The notes under the pieces: model-generated | Told to the model about the DNA's origin: nothing | Databases searched by the model: none | The model's input: only the letters and a program-made list of their open reading frames with translations | Position numbers and translations under genes: made by a program | Origin: a virus | IMG/VR virus record: IMGVR_UViG_3300031578_000013 | Span: 1 to 64,000 of that record | Direction: 5' to 3' (one strand) | Length of the DNA: 64,000 bases | Part shown: positions 1 to 8,852 of the stretch, piece by piece | How positions within the stretch are numbered: the first letter of the stretch is position 1 | Layout: the number at the start of each line of letters is the position of its first letter

Positions 1-2
1 GG

Positions 3-278
3 GCACTCGCTGTAAAGCATGGTCTCAATGATGAAGGTATTGTCGAAGGCGTAATCCAGTTCATCGTTATCGCTGTACTGATCGTCTTTGTTCCGGGTAT
101 CCTCTATGTGGTCAGCACTGGAGCAATCGAAGTTCCTGTTGGAACAATCTTCTACAACGCATCGCAATCAACCAACACAAACGTTGCAAACGGTGTTTCA
201 ACGATTGGTGTGATTCCCACCATCTTTGCCATTGTGCTCATCATCGGTGTGCTCATGTTACTGGCAATGAGGAGATAA
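3..278 (+). CDS. Putative major capsid protein, paralog 1 (5'-truncated by window)
   Basis: Manual translation: ...ALAVKHGLNDEGIVEGVIQFIVIAVLIVFVPGILYVVSTGAIEVPVGTIFYNASQSTNTNVANGVSTIGVIPTIFAIVLIIGVLMLLAMRR*. Two hydrophobic helices, a loop with an NAS sequon and a basic C-terminus. Near-identical to 307..651. Confidence 0.7.
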   Translation, partial: ALAVKHGLNDEGIVEGVIQFIVIAVLIVFVPGILYVVSTGAIEVPVGTIFYNASQSTNTNVANGVSTIGVIPTIFAIVLIIGVLMLLAMRR

Positions 279-482
279 CCCTAAAAACATTTTTGGGGGT
301 ATTCTCATGTTTCTCAAAGAAGAACTACAGTCGAAGATGGAAAGTATTCGTTCTGGTGTTGAACCAACCGTTCGTAGAATGGCAAAGAACGCTGGGGTGA
401 ATGATGATGCAATAGTGGAAGGTGTCATCCAGTTCATCGTTATCGCTGTACTGATCGTCTTTGTTCCGGGTATCCTCTATGT
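54..482 (+). repeat. 56-bp perfect direct repeat (54-109 and 427-482) shared by the two capsid-like paralogs
   Basis: ATCCAGTTCATCGTTATCGCTGTACTGATCGTCTTTGTTCCGGGTATCCTCTATGT is identical in both genes. Confidence 0.95.
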
Positions 483-651
483 CGTATCAAATTCTGCGAT
501 AGATATCCCAGTGAACACTACGTTCTACAACGCAAGCATTACAACAAATACTAATGTTGCAAACGGTGTGTCTACCATTGGTGTGATCCCGACTATCTTT
601 GCGATAGTTTTGATCATTGGCGTGCTCATGTTACTGGCGATGAGACGCTAA
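307..651 (+). CDS. Putative major capsid protein, paralog 2 (spindle-virus helix-hairpin type)
   Basis: Hydrophilic N-terminal leader, two hydrophobic helices separated by a loop with NTT and NAS sequons, C-terminal RR. Same architecture as the fusellovirus VP1/VP3 pair. Confidence 0.7.
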   Translation: MFLKEELQSKMESIRSGVEPTVRRMAKNAGVNDDAIVEGVIQFIVIAVLIVFVPGILYVVSNSAIDIPVNTTFYNASITTNTNVANGVSTIGVIPTIFAIVLIIGVLMLLAMRR

Positions 652-717
652 TAAATTTCAAAACATAGTACAAAACAACGAGATTTCCCAAAAGGGGTTT
701 GGGTAAAAACCCCACTT

Positions 718-1581
718 TTAAGTGCCACTTCGTCTTCCCCATTGTTGATCTAATAAAGAACCATTTGGATATCGAATGTTATATTCTTCTAACGACAACA
801 TGCATTTATTTCCATATTCAAGTGCGATAGTTTCTCGCAATCTCGTTTCAAATTCCGGTTTGTTGCCTTCTCTCGCATGACACGATTTACATAATGTTGC
901 AAATAACCATCCGGATTTATTATTGTTACAGCATGTGGATTTATCACGTGTTACATGATGGACACTCATGTGTTTGTTGTCATTATCTTCTATCCCGGCT
1001 CTACAAAATATGCATTTATTTCCATATCTCGCCCTTACACGCTTTCGGATTTTTAATATCGGATCTGTCCATTTCTTGCAATATACACCAGCCGTTGCAA
1101 ATCTTTTCCAATCTTCTTCTGGGATACCCTGGTGAGATGCACTCATTTTCATTCTGATGTCTTCTGATATGCTCATACCAACATGACACTCTGCAATTTT
1201 TCCTTTCATCTCATCAGAAAAACTCTTTCCATAATTGTGATTCTTCTCACCGCTTGTCGCAATCCTAATCTTCTCTTTAACCTCCTCTGATAATTGTTTA
1301 CCATAATTATAATGCTTCTCCCCTCTATTGGCATCACCAATCGCCTTTTTTATATACTCTGGTCTGTGCGTTCCATACAAAGGATTCTTATCACCTCTTC
1401 GCGAATCCCCGATTTTCTTTCTTGTCTCTTCTGAAAATACCTTCCCAAAATTGTGATTCTTCTCACCAGAATGTGAGAGTCGCATTTTTTCTCTCGTGGC
1501 ATCACTGGCTGTGTGTCCCGTTCTTGCAAGCCTGTTTTTTTCCAGGTGTTCCGGAGATTGTTTGTAACCTTTCTTTGGCAT
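718..1581 (-). CDS. NUMOD3-repeat HNH homing endonuclease
   Basis: Repeated GEKNHN(F/Y)GK..SEE.K.KI motifs; C-terminal CxxC...VHH...LCKSCH. Confidence 0.85.
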   Translation of the reverse strand: MPKKGYKQSPEHLEKNRLARTGHTASDATREKMRLSHSGEKNHNFGKVFSEETRKKIGDSRRGDKNPLYGTHRPEYIKKAIGDANRGEKHYNYGKQLSEEVKEKIRIATSGEKNHNYGKSFSDEMKGKIAECHVGMSISEDIRMKMSASHQGIPEEDWKRFATAGVYCKKWTDPILKIRKRVRARYGNKCIFCRAGIEDNDNKHMSVHHVTRDKSTCCNNNKSGWLFATLCKSCHAREGNKPEFETRLRETIALEYGNKCMLSLEEYNIRYPNGSLLDQQWGRRSGT

Positions 1582-1688
1582 ACGTATTGATATTTGGTGT
1601 TTACACTGTTAATACTTTTGTTATTGTTTAGATAATTGCACCAACAGTAAGAAATAAATTTACATGCACTAACATCATCATAATTACT

Positions 1689-3056
1689 ATGGATAGGCGC
1701 GACTATACATTTCTCGTAATCCTCGCGCTTGGATGTGCAATGCATCTTTCATTGCTCGCAACATCCAACCTTTCAAACTATAACCTCTACGATACCGACA
1801 CATGGTGTTTCGTGTGGATGTATTCGCAATGGTTTCACCTGTCACCACTATCAACATTTAATATTCTTGCATTATTTCCACCAATATTATCAGCGTTATT
1901 TGCAGTATCAATCTATTATCTCATCACTAGGCTATATAATAAAACGGTTGGATTTTATGCCGGAGTAATGTTTGCGATATCACCGGGATTGTTATATCTG
2001 AATAGTATGTTCGGAATGATAGACCATCACCTGATACAAGTCGTGCTTTTCACGCTGTCCATTGTATGTCTTTTGTTGTTATACAAGGAACGCAACGTGT
2101 GGTGGGTTATCCCAATAATCATTTCTCTGATTTGTATTCGTTTTACTTCTCCGGTATTAGACGAGATATATTATGGGTTGTTTATCGTGTGTGCGATCAT
2201 TTGCGCTGTTCATTATTTAATTACACTGCGGTACTACAAAATGGCAGTCTTGACATTTGTGGCTGTTATTGCATCTGGTTTTTGGCTATTACAACCGTTA
2301 AACATTATCCCACGAGCAACAAGTTGGATTTCCTGGGTAGAACCAATTACTGAAATACAACCATCAGATCCAATAATATTCTTGATAAAATTTAACACTT
2401 TATTATTCGTTATCATTTTGGGTGTTGCTTCATTTCATCATTCGGATAAAGATGCACCAGAAATCATATTGATATTTCTTACTGTAGTATTATTCATTGC
2501 GACATTAAGATTTGTCAGGATGGAATATATATTCGCTGCCCCATTGATGATCCTATCGGCGTATTATATTGATAAGTATTTCACACGAGACATATCCCAC
2601 TCCATAATAGCAATATTCCTAATTATATCTATTCTATTCGGATGCGTTATTACAGCAGAGATGATGAGGACTGAAATAAACAACGAGGCATGGGATGGTG
2701 CGCTGAAATTTATATCAAAAGAACCGAATGGGCTGGTTCTATCACATGGGGATTATGGATACTGGATTAAGAATGCCAACCAAACAGAGTTCGATAATTC
2801 AGCGTGGGGAAACGCGCTCAACGGAGGAAAGATATTCACTTCGTCTAATATAACAGCAGCGAAAGAATTGATAATGTCGCATGGTATATCTTATATAATT
2901 GTTACCGAGCGGGATATGCGATATTATGAAGCACAGCAGTTCTATGCAAAATCAACAACTGATTATAATGAGAGCATGCTATTCAAATTAATACGTGGGA
3001 CTTCTGGTTATGATGCGATATATTCAAAAGATGGTATTATAATATATAAGACGTAA
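1689..3056 (+). CDS. aglB: Compact AglB/STT3-like oligosaccharyltransferase (GT-C fold) with variant WWDYG motif
   Basis: Multi-TM N-terminal part with motifs in AglB order: DTDTW, PPIL..L, AISPG...GMIDHH, PITEIQP (TIXE-like) and RFVRMEY. The soluble domain has W..AL.F, VLSHGDYGYWI (for WWDYG) and YIIV..D. Confidence 0.8.
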   Translation: MDRRDYTFLVILALGCAMHLSLLATSNLSNYNLYDTDTWCFVWMYSQWFHLSPLSTFNILALFPPILSALFAVSIYYLITRLYNKTVGFYAGVMFAISPGLLYLNSMFGMIDHHLIQVVLFTLSIVCLLLLYKERNVWWVIPIIISLICIRFTSPVLDEIYYGLFIVCAIICAVHYLITLRYYKMAVLTFVAVIASGFWLLQPLNIIPRATSWISWVEPITEIQPSDPIIFLIKFNTLLFVIILGVASFHHSDKDAPEIILIFLTVVLFIATLRFVRMEYIFAAPLMILSAYYIDKYFTRDISHSIIAIFLIISILFGCVITAEMMRTEINNEAWDGALKFISKEPNGLVLSHGDYGYWIKNANQTEFDNSAWGNALNGGKIFTSSNITAAKELIMSHGISYIIVTERDMRYYEAQQFYAKSTTDYNESMLFKLIRGTSGYDAIYSKDGIIIYKT

Positions 3057-3063
3057 AAAAGTA

Positions 3064-3819
3064 TTATTCCCTTTTTCTTACCGATACAAGAAACATTGCA
3101 ATGGCTACGGCAAATCCTATGATAAATGGGGGTAGTGGCGTTTCTTGGACAGTTAACGTTTGATAAGATGCCCCATCATCTCCCCCATTTGCAGGACAGA
3201 TATACCATCCACTCTCAATCATAGAAGCCCGAAGATTGCCACCAATTACCATTGATACTGTTCTTGCTGGCAAATTTGATGTACTGGCATATATTTTTAT
3301 TACAATACGATCTCCGTCAAATAGCGTAGTCGAATTTCGGCGGGCATATGATGTTAGAAATTCTGTAGCCACGGGATTATCAATATCCTCCGTTATGAAC
3401 GGTTTGTAGAATAATTTCGTTTCTACACCAGTAGAACTACGGTTGTATAGTTTAAACTCGATGCGTGTGAGTCCAGTAGCACTTGTAGTATTTAAATATA
3501 CACGCGATCTCCACAACCCAGGCGCAATTGTTGTTACTCCCGGAGAACCATCTGGGGTTACAAATGCACCAAGAAGAACTTCTCCCGATGCCGGGACTAT
3601 ATCTACTGCTTGAACCAACGATTCATCGGCTTTTTCAGGGATATGATCGATTATTTTATACGAACCATCTTTAATTAGGTCAGATGATTCGTTCCAGAAG
3701 AATATATCCTGTTTTCCGCACCATAAGAAATCTTCCGATTCACACGATGCAATAGGAGCAATAATAGCAATCATCGCAATAAAAGAGAGTATAACAACCA
3801 ATCGTTTTAAGTTTGTCAT
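3064..3819 (-). CDS. Secreted, C-terminally anchored surface/virion protein
   Basis: N-terminal signal peptide and several sequons. C-terminus is TPLPP + TM + RKRE, resembling an archaeal CTERM sorting signal. Confidence 0.65.
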   Translation of the reverse strand: MTNLKRLVVILSFIAMIAIIAPIASCESEDFLWCGKQDIFFWNESSDLIKDGSYKIIDHIPEKADESLVQAVDIVPASGEVLLGAFVTPDGSPGVTTIAPGLWRSRVYLNTTSATGLTRIEFKLYNRSSTGVETKLFYKPFITEDIDNPVATEFLTSYARRNSTTLFDGDRIVIKIYASTSNLPARTVSMVIGGNLRASMIESGWYICPANGGDDGASYQTLTVQETPLPPFIIGFAVAIAMFLVSVRKRE

Positions 3820-3910
3820 GCATAGAATGTAATCATGCAATTGTATTATTACTTTCCATGCTCTGAATAAAAGAAAGACTTAATACAGTTATAGTATCAT
3901 AATCTTCTAT

Positions 3911-4399
3911 ATGATTACCATCCCAAAGCGACTCCTTATTCTTATCACTCTTGTATTGCTTATTATACAACCAGCAATTGCCTCAATACCCGACTCTGGA
4001 ATGTCAAGTTATATTACCACCTCGGATGTTGTTATCAACACACCATATCTTGATTTCAACACATGGGTTTTCATAACACTATTGGGATTCTTCTTCCTGA
4101 TACTAAGTAACTTTGCAAAACCAGATCAGGCTCCGAAGTTGTGGGCAATTATCGCTCCACTCTTTATAGGCCCGTCGGCATATTTTGTTTTGATGCTTCG
4201 GAGAGTTACAGTTGGTATGCATATGACATCCACAGAGATGCATATTAACGCGGTTAATACAATTATGCACCCAGAGTGGCTTTGCTTTGTGATGTCGGTA
4301 ATTCTAGTCATAGCGTTGATTAACGTATGGGTGCAATTATCAAAACAACCCATTGAGAAAACGAAGAAAGAAGATATTTTGGGGAGTGGTGGTTTCTAA
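3911..4399 (+). CDS. Multi-TM membrane protein
   Basis: Signal peptide plus ~3 TM segments; TATA-like CTTAATA at ~3879. Confidence 0.7.
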   Translation: MITIPKRLLILITLVLLIIQPAIASIPDSGMSSYITTSDVVINTPYLDFNTWVFITLLGFFFLILSNFAKPDQAPKLWAIIAPLFIGPSAYFVLMLRRVTVGMHMTSTEMHINAVNTIMHPEWLCFVMSVILVIALINVWVQLSKQPIEKTKKEDILGSGGF

Positions 4400-4536
4400 T
4401 GATTGATGACGTTGATACAACAGAGCGAGACAAAAAGATACTTCTTTCGATTGCGATAGGACTTGGGATAGGATTGATTATCTTCATTGTATATCTTTTT
4501 GCGAGTGGTGAGATTTATTCCATGAGGTTATTCTGA
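4399..4536 (+). CDS. Small single-TM protein (45 aa)
   Basis: Manual translation MIDDVDTTERDKKILLSIAIGLGIGLIIFIVYLFASGEIYSMRLF; overlaps both neighbours by one base. Confidence 0.55.
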   Translation: MIDDVDTTERDKKILLSIAIGLGIGLIIFIVYLFASGEIYSMRLF

Positions 4537-5084
4537 TGGCGTGGAAAAATCCCTTGGTGCAAGAGAATATCCAGGTGGAGCCACTCATTGAGCCAGTTCC
4601 ACAACCAATCGGTGGTGATATGGGTATGGGTGGTGGAAATTTGCCCCCAATGTCCTCATATGGCCCCATGCTTCCAGCGTGGAACGAAGCGATGATGACT
4701 CTGCTGGTGGATATCGAAATCCCGGAAGAGTACATGAAAAGCCCTCTGATGACGAAGGTATTCATCTGGTCGAAGAAGGTTCTCATGCAATTGCAGTTTG
4801 GTAACTACACCGCATCAATCCAGAAGAAGATGATTAAAGATTTGCAGATGATCCTTTTTCTTGGTGGACAAGACGGTAATGAGGGGTTGGTTGCCGAAGC
4901 ACAGTTTATCTTTGTTGCGAATATGCAAATCTATAAAGGAAGGAGTGATATGCCCGATGGTATCAGGGAAAGGATAGCGTGGATTATGGGGATTAACAAG
5001 CAGGTGTTTAGTGAGGATAGACCGGCTAGACCAGCAGAGAATAAGGGGATTTTGAGTTCGATATGGGGAGGGGGGAATAGATGA
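4536..5084 (+). CDS. Hypothetical protein in virion/membrane module
   Basis: 182-aa ORF coupled to its neighbours; Pro/Gly-rich N-terminus. Confidence 0.7.
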   Translation: MAWKNPLVQENIQVEPLIEPVPQPIGGDMGMGGGNLPPMSSYGPMLPAWNEAMMTLLVDIEIPEEYMKSPLMTKVFIWSKKVLMQLQFGNYTASIQKKMIKDLQMILFLGGQDGNEGLVAEAQFIFVANMQIYKGRSDMPDGIRERIAWIMGINKQVFSEDRPARPAENKGILSSIWGGGNR

Positions 5085-5248
5085 TTGATTTGCCACTTAA
5101 AACGAGAATCGATCGGATTGTAGAAAAGGGTGTAACACAAGAAAGATTTGTCGAATCAATATGGCATACAATTTTCATATCGGTTGTTGTGATGTTTATA
5201 ATGTTTATGACAATCGGATTATCATATTACATTGGAGCGTTGATATAG
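5081..5248 (+). CDS. Small membrane protein (55 aa)
   Basis: Manual translation with a C-terminal TM; ATGA overlap with the upstream gene. Confidence 0.5.
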   Translation: MIDLPLKTRIDRIVEKGVTQERFVESIWHTIFISVVVMFIMFMTIGLSYYIGALI

Positions 5249-5443
5249 ATGAAATTCAAATGCAATAGATACTTCGTATTCGGTGTTGCTTACATCACAG
5301 GAATGATACTCATAGGGATTGCTTCTCTTGGGAGATTTTATGAAGCATATATTTTCAGCGAATACACACTTATTACGCTTATCATAATGAGCACTATTCC
5401 TTTTGTAGTTGGATATTTAGCAGAGGTTGAATTTTCATGGTAG
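5249..5443 (+). CDS. Small two-TM protein
   Basis: 64-aa ORF with two hydrophobic segments. Confidence 0.55.
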   Translation: MKFKCNRYFVFGVAYITGMILIGIASLGRFYEAYIFSEYTLITLIIMSTIPFVVGYLAEVEFSW

Positions 5444-6285
5444 ACTTACAAGCAACACAGCAGCAGCAACTCACCATCTTTTTCGGTGGTCAGATGGATC
5501 AGGTTGTCGCAGGAGCACCCGTTTATTTCTGGTGTATCTTTGCATTAGGCATGTTATGCATGGTAATGGGATTCTTAATCCTATACTATCGTCTATACAT
5601 CCTCGATAAAGTGTGGGCATTTGTTGAGTGCTACAAGAAAAGAAAACCCCTTGCTTTGGTAAGGAACAGCAACCGACAGGCATACTTTAAAGCACTCGAA
5701 TATATGGCGCAGGTGTTTTATTCTGACGATGGCCCGGATAGGTGGATTAGTTCTGCTCTCGAATCCTCGCAGAGCATCGCAGGTGTGCCACTCCTTGATG
5801 TGTGCGACTATTACGATTGGCTACAAGATCCATTTAAAAATCAGGCAATCCTGGAGATCGTATCTGCATGGAATGATGGTATTCTTGATGAGACCGAAGA
5901 ACAAGATCCAGAGACCCCTATCTTCCTGAAAGGAAAAGAACCTCATGCGGATGATGAAAAGATATACAACGGAGAGCAACTTCAAAAATTGCTCGGTTCG
6001 GGGAAATTGACGGATTATTTCGATTCAACAGAGATTGTTGTGTACAAGAAAGGAAGTGTTAAAATCCCGGCATTCTTCATCATTGATATCTCAAAGGTAG
6101 AGCAATACCTTCCGAGGATTCGAGGCTCTGCGTTGTTTGGTGGATATACGAGTTGGCTTGTCGAACAGGCTGGTGGGAAGCAAGAGAAAGATAACAAAAC
6201 AATGGCGATGTACTTCATAGCGGGATGTACTGCCATTATTATCTGTGGTGTTATCGCTGGGTTGTTGAGTGGGGCAATTGGATAA
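5437..6285 (+). CDS. Membrane protein with N- and C-terminal TM anchors
   Basis: 282 aa; TM near each end around a soluble core; followed by a T-rich tract. Confidence 0.75.
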   Translation: MVDLQATQQQQLTIFFGGQMDQVVAGAPVYFWCIFALGMLCMVMGFLILYYRLYILDKVWAFVECYKKRKPLALVRNSNRQAYFKALEYMAQVFYSDDGPDRWISSALESSQSIAGVPLLDVCDYYDWLQDPFKNQAILEIVSAWNDGILDETEEQDPETPIFLKGKEPHADDEKIYNGEQLQKLLGSGKLTDYFDSTEIVVYKKGSVKIPAFFIIDISKVEQYLPRIRGSALFGGYTSWLVEQAGGKQEKDNKTMAMYFIAGCTAIIICGVIAGLLSGAIG

Positions 6286-6321
6286 CACCCCCACTTCTTT
6301 TATTGTACATACATCAAATAC

Positions 6322-6329
6322 ATTTATAA
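6322..6329 (+). promoter_or_regulatory. Archaeal TATA box (probably leaderless transcript)
   Basis: TTTATAAC ~25 bp upstream of ATG 6352. Confidence 0.55.
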
Positions 6330-6351
6330 CACTACATAGCATAACACTATT

Positions 6352-6573
6352 ATGGAACGATTAACCAAAGATGAGCAATTCATCATTGTTGGTATCGGAA
6401 CTTCGGCAGCGGTCACCGGATTGGGGGTTATGCTTTTCTACGCTGCCCTTATGGAACCAACTACGCTTGGTTATATGACTGATATGTTTCTAGGAACTAC
6501 ACTCTCTGTGAGTGGTGTTGTTGGGGTTATGGGGTTCTGCTCTATCTTCTTTAACTATCGAGCAATACTGTGA
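6352..6573 (+). CDS. Small two-TM protein
   Basis: 73 aa with two hydrophobic helices. Confidence 0.6.
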   Translation: MERLTKDEQFIIVGIGTSAAVTGLGVMLFYAALMEPTTLGYMTDMFLGTTLSVSGVVGVMGFCSIFFNYRAIL

Positions 6574-6615
6574 GGTGGTAGAACGACACACAAATTATTA
6601 TCATTCGCATCCCAT

Positions 6616-6804
6616 GTGTTTATGATTTTTGGGGTTATTATTGCCGCAGTTTCACTATGTTTAGTGGTAATTAAGGCTCCATCGGGTGTATATGATGTGC
6701 TTGTCATTAGCGGATGTATACTCGCATTAGCCGGTTTGGGTTTAAATCTATCATTACGGATAGATGAACTATCAGACATAGTAGAGGAGTTGAAAAATAA
6801 ATGA
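6616..6804 (+). CDS. Small two-TM protein
   Basis: 62 aa, hydrophobic; start uncertain. Confidence 0.5.
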   Translation: MFMIFGVIIAAVSLCLVVIKAPSGVYDVLVISGCILALAGLGLNLSLRIDELSDIVEELKNK

Positions 6805-6953
6805 GTTATCCAATCAATCTATCATTCAAAGATGCCGAGTTCGAACAAGTAAACAAGGCGGCAACCAAGATGAAAACAAAGATTAGGGAATACATCAAAG
6901 ATGCTGCTACGCAAAAGGCGGAAGCGGATCTTAAAACAGGAAGTGTATCATGA
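6801..6953 (+). CDS. Ribbon-helix-helix DNA-binding protein
   Basis: Manual translation MSYPINLSFKDAEFEQVNKAATKMKTKIREYIKDAATQKAEADLKTGSVS fits the strand-helix-helix RHH pattern. Confidence 0.65.
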   Translation: MSYPINLSFKDAEFEQVNKAATKMKTKIREYIKDAATQKAEADLKTGSVS

Positions 6954-7228
6954 CGAAAACAAAACCAGAACCAGAACCAACACCCGAAAAGCCGGTATAC
7001 ACGATGCGTGAAATGAATGCCGTTGAGGAACTATTGCAGAGTATTTATTCCCTGGATGATGCTGTTGCCAATCAACTTGCCCTGAAACGTCCTGAAACGT
7101 TCATCCAGCCGTTGAGGAACATCAGGGAGAATGTGAATAATGCATTGGGAAGATTATTTGAAAAAGGAAATCAACTGGCAATGGATGAAAAGTCAAGCGA
7201 ACCTTCTGATGCAGATCCAACGACATAG
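6950..7228 (+). CDS. Hypothetical protein
   Basis: 92-aa ORF with ATGA coupling. Confidence 0.6.
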   Translation: MTKTKPEPEPTPEKPVYTMREMNAVEELLQSIYSLDDAVANQLALKRPETFIQPLRNIRENVNNALGRLFEKGNQLAMDEKSSEPSDADPTT

Positions 7229-7239
7229 GGGATATCGAA

Positions 7240-7566
7240 ATGGATGACTCTACATCTTTAAAGATAACCTACTATTGTGGTTATACCGGAATGGTATTAT
7301 CATGGTTTGTTATATTCGCAGGATTATTGATTGTCTTTTCATCCTTTGGGGTATCACAAGCCATTAGTATTGCCGAAGCAATCGGGAGTGTGTCTCCACA
7401 AGTCGCTGCAAATATCATCCTGACAAGAGGTGAAGGGGTTATCATTGGGTTGTTGTTTGTTGTGATTGGATTCCAGGCGGATCATACTTTCACTTTGATG
7501 TGCAAAGAGGCAAAGAAAGAACTTGTTAATGTATGGCCCCACCAAAAATTAATGTCGTATAGTTAA
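7240..7566 (+). CDS. Two-TM membrane protein
   Basis: 108 aa with two hydrophobic segments; T-tract downstream. Confidence 0.6.
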   Translation: MDDSTSLKITYYCGYTGMVLSWFVIFAGLLIVFSSFGVSQAISIAEAIGSVSPQVAANIILTRGEGVIIGLLFVVIGFQADHTFTLMCKEAKKELVNVWPHQKLMSYS

Positions 7567-7765
7567 ACCACAATCTTTTTTAATCCACATCCCCAATTCT
7601 ATTTTGCTACTGTGTTTTTGCATACTTGGTTTTGTCCGATTTCTAAGTCTGATTTTTCCACAGTGGCACTTTAAGGTCTGGTATAGTCATTGTTGTGTGT
7701 GAAAGAGGGTCTGCATAACAATGACTTTTTTAATTTTATACATAGCATTGCCTATGTGTGAAACC

Positions 7766-7972
7766 ATGACTAACAAGATCGTAACGTATGAAATAGAGTA
7801 TTGCAATTCGACTTGTATTCATTTCTATCATAAATATGAAGATATGGAGAATTGTTGGTGTAGTAAAATGAATAAGAAAACTTTTGAGTGTGATACGCTT
7901 ATGAATCTTAATGATTACAAAAAAAGAGAGATACCAAAAGTGTGTCCACTTGAAAATTCATCACAAATCTGA
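7766..7972 (+). CDS. Small Cys-rich (Zn-binding) protein
   Basis: C..C.H...C.C...IPKVCPL pattern. Confidence 0.55.
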   Translation: MTNKIVTYEIEYCNSTCIHFYHKYEDMENCWCSKMNKKTFECDTLMNLNDYKKREIPKVCPLENSSQI

Positions 7973-8181
7973 TTTTTTGCGAAGTTTTGCAGTTCTGGAG
8001 GGTGCTGGCACACCAAAGGGTTTGAGTTCGGGGATTTCTAGTGCCTTGGTACAATTCTATTCTCGGACACCCACCAATACAAAACAAAACTTTTGTAAGT
8101 TGTCAAGATTGTATATAGTGTAAGTATCAGGCGTTAAATAATAAAAACGGATTGTCATTACTTATTTTGTGTGGTTATATG

Positions 8182-8209
8182 TTGACATAAGTTTAATATA
8201 CATTGTCAA
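8182..8209 (+). promoter_or_regulatory. Recombinase promoter: TATA flanked by TTGACA/TGTCAA inverted repeat
   Basis: TTGACA-taagTTTAATATAcat-TGTCAA, ending 15 bp before ATG 8224. Confidence 0.5.
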
Positions 8210-8223
8210 ACAAATAGTATTGT

Positions 8224-8832
8224 ATGGATGAAGTTTTGGAAGAACAAATATTACCAAAAGCCATAGTAAAAGAGAACACAAGGATCTTAACACCAAAAGA
8301 GTATGCAAAATTAAAAGAAAAATTATCTGCCGATTATAATTGCATATGTGATGTTCTTTTGTATACTGGAATGAGAATGCCGGAATTTATAAAATTTTCA
8401 AAACACCCGGAATGGTATGATGCACACAGGAGGTGTATCGAACTTCCAACAACAGCGATCAGAAAGAAAAAGACGGTTTATAAAACCCGTCAGATCAATT
8501 TGAATGTTAATGGGTGTGATGCCATAAAGCATTTCCAGTCTATGGTGAAAGCAAATCTGCATATCCCATCCAGACAGTCAATGGTGGGTGTTCTATCACG
8601 TGCTGCGGTTGAAGCAAAACTTCCAGAGGGTGATAAGGGAATATGCCCGAAAATGTTCAGGAAGATGCTTGTATCGTATCTCATGAAGTGTTTCCCAGAA
8701 AGAATGTTTGAAATTGCTGCAAATATGGGGCATACATTAGAGGTTATGAGGATTAATTATACAAATCTATCTTTTGCAAGAGAAGATACAGAAGATATTA
8801 GGATTTTTTTGAAAGGGTGGGGTGATGCATGA
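8224..8832 (+). CDS. Tyrosine recombinase/integrase (catalytic domain only)
   Basis: LLYTGMRMPE (R1), KMFRK (R2), MGH and terminal NY; 202 aa. Confidence 0.85.
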   Translation: MDEVLEEQILPKAIVKENTRILTPKEYAKLKEKLSADYNCICDVLLYTGMRMPEFIKFSKHPEWYDAHRRCIELPTTAIRKKKTVYKTRQINLNVNGCDAIKHFQSMVKANLHIPSRQSMVGVLSRAAVEAKLPEGDKGICPKMFRKMLVSYLMKCFPERMFEIAANMGHTLEVMRINYTNLSFAREDTEDIRIFLKGWGDA

Positions 8833-8852
8833 GCACCGGTGAACTGGCACAG

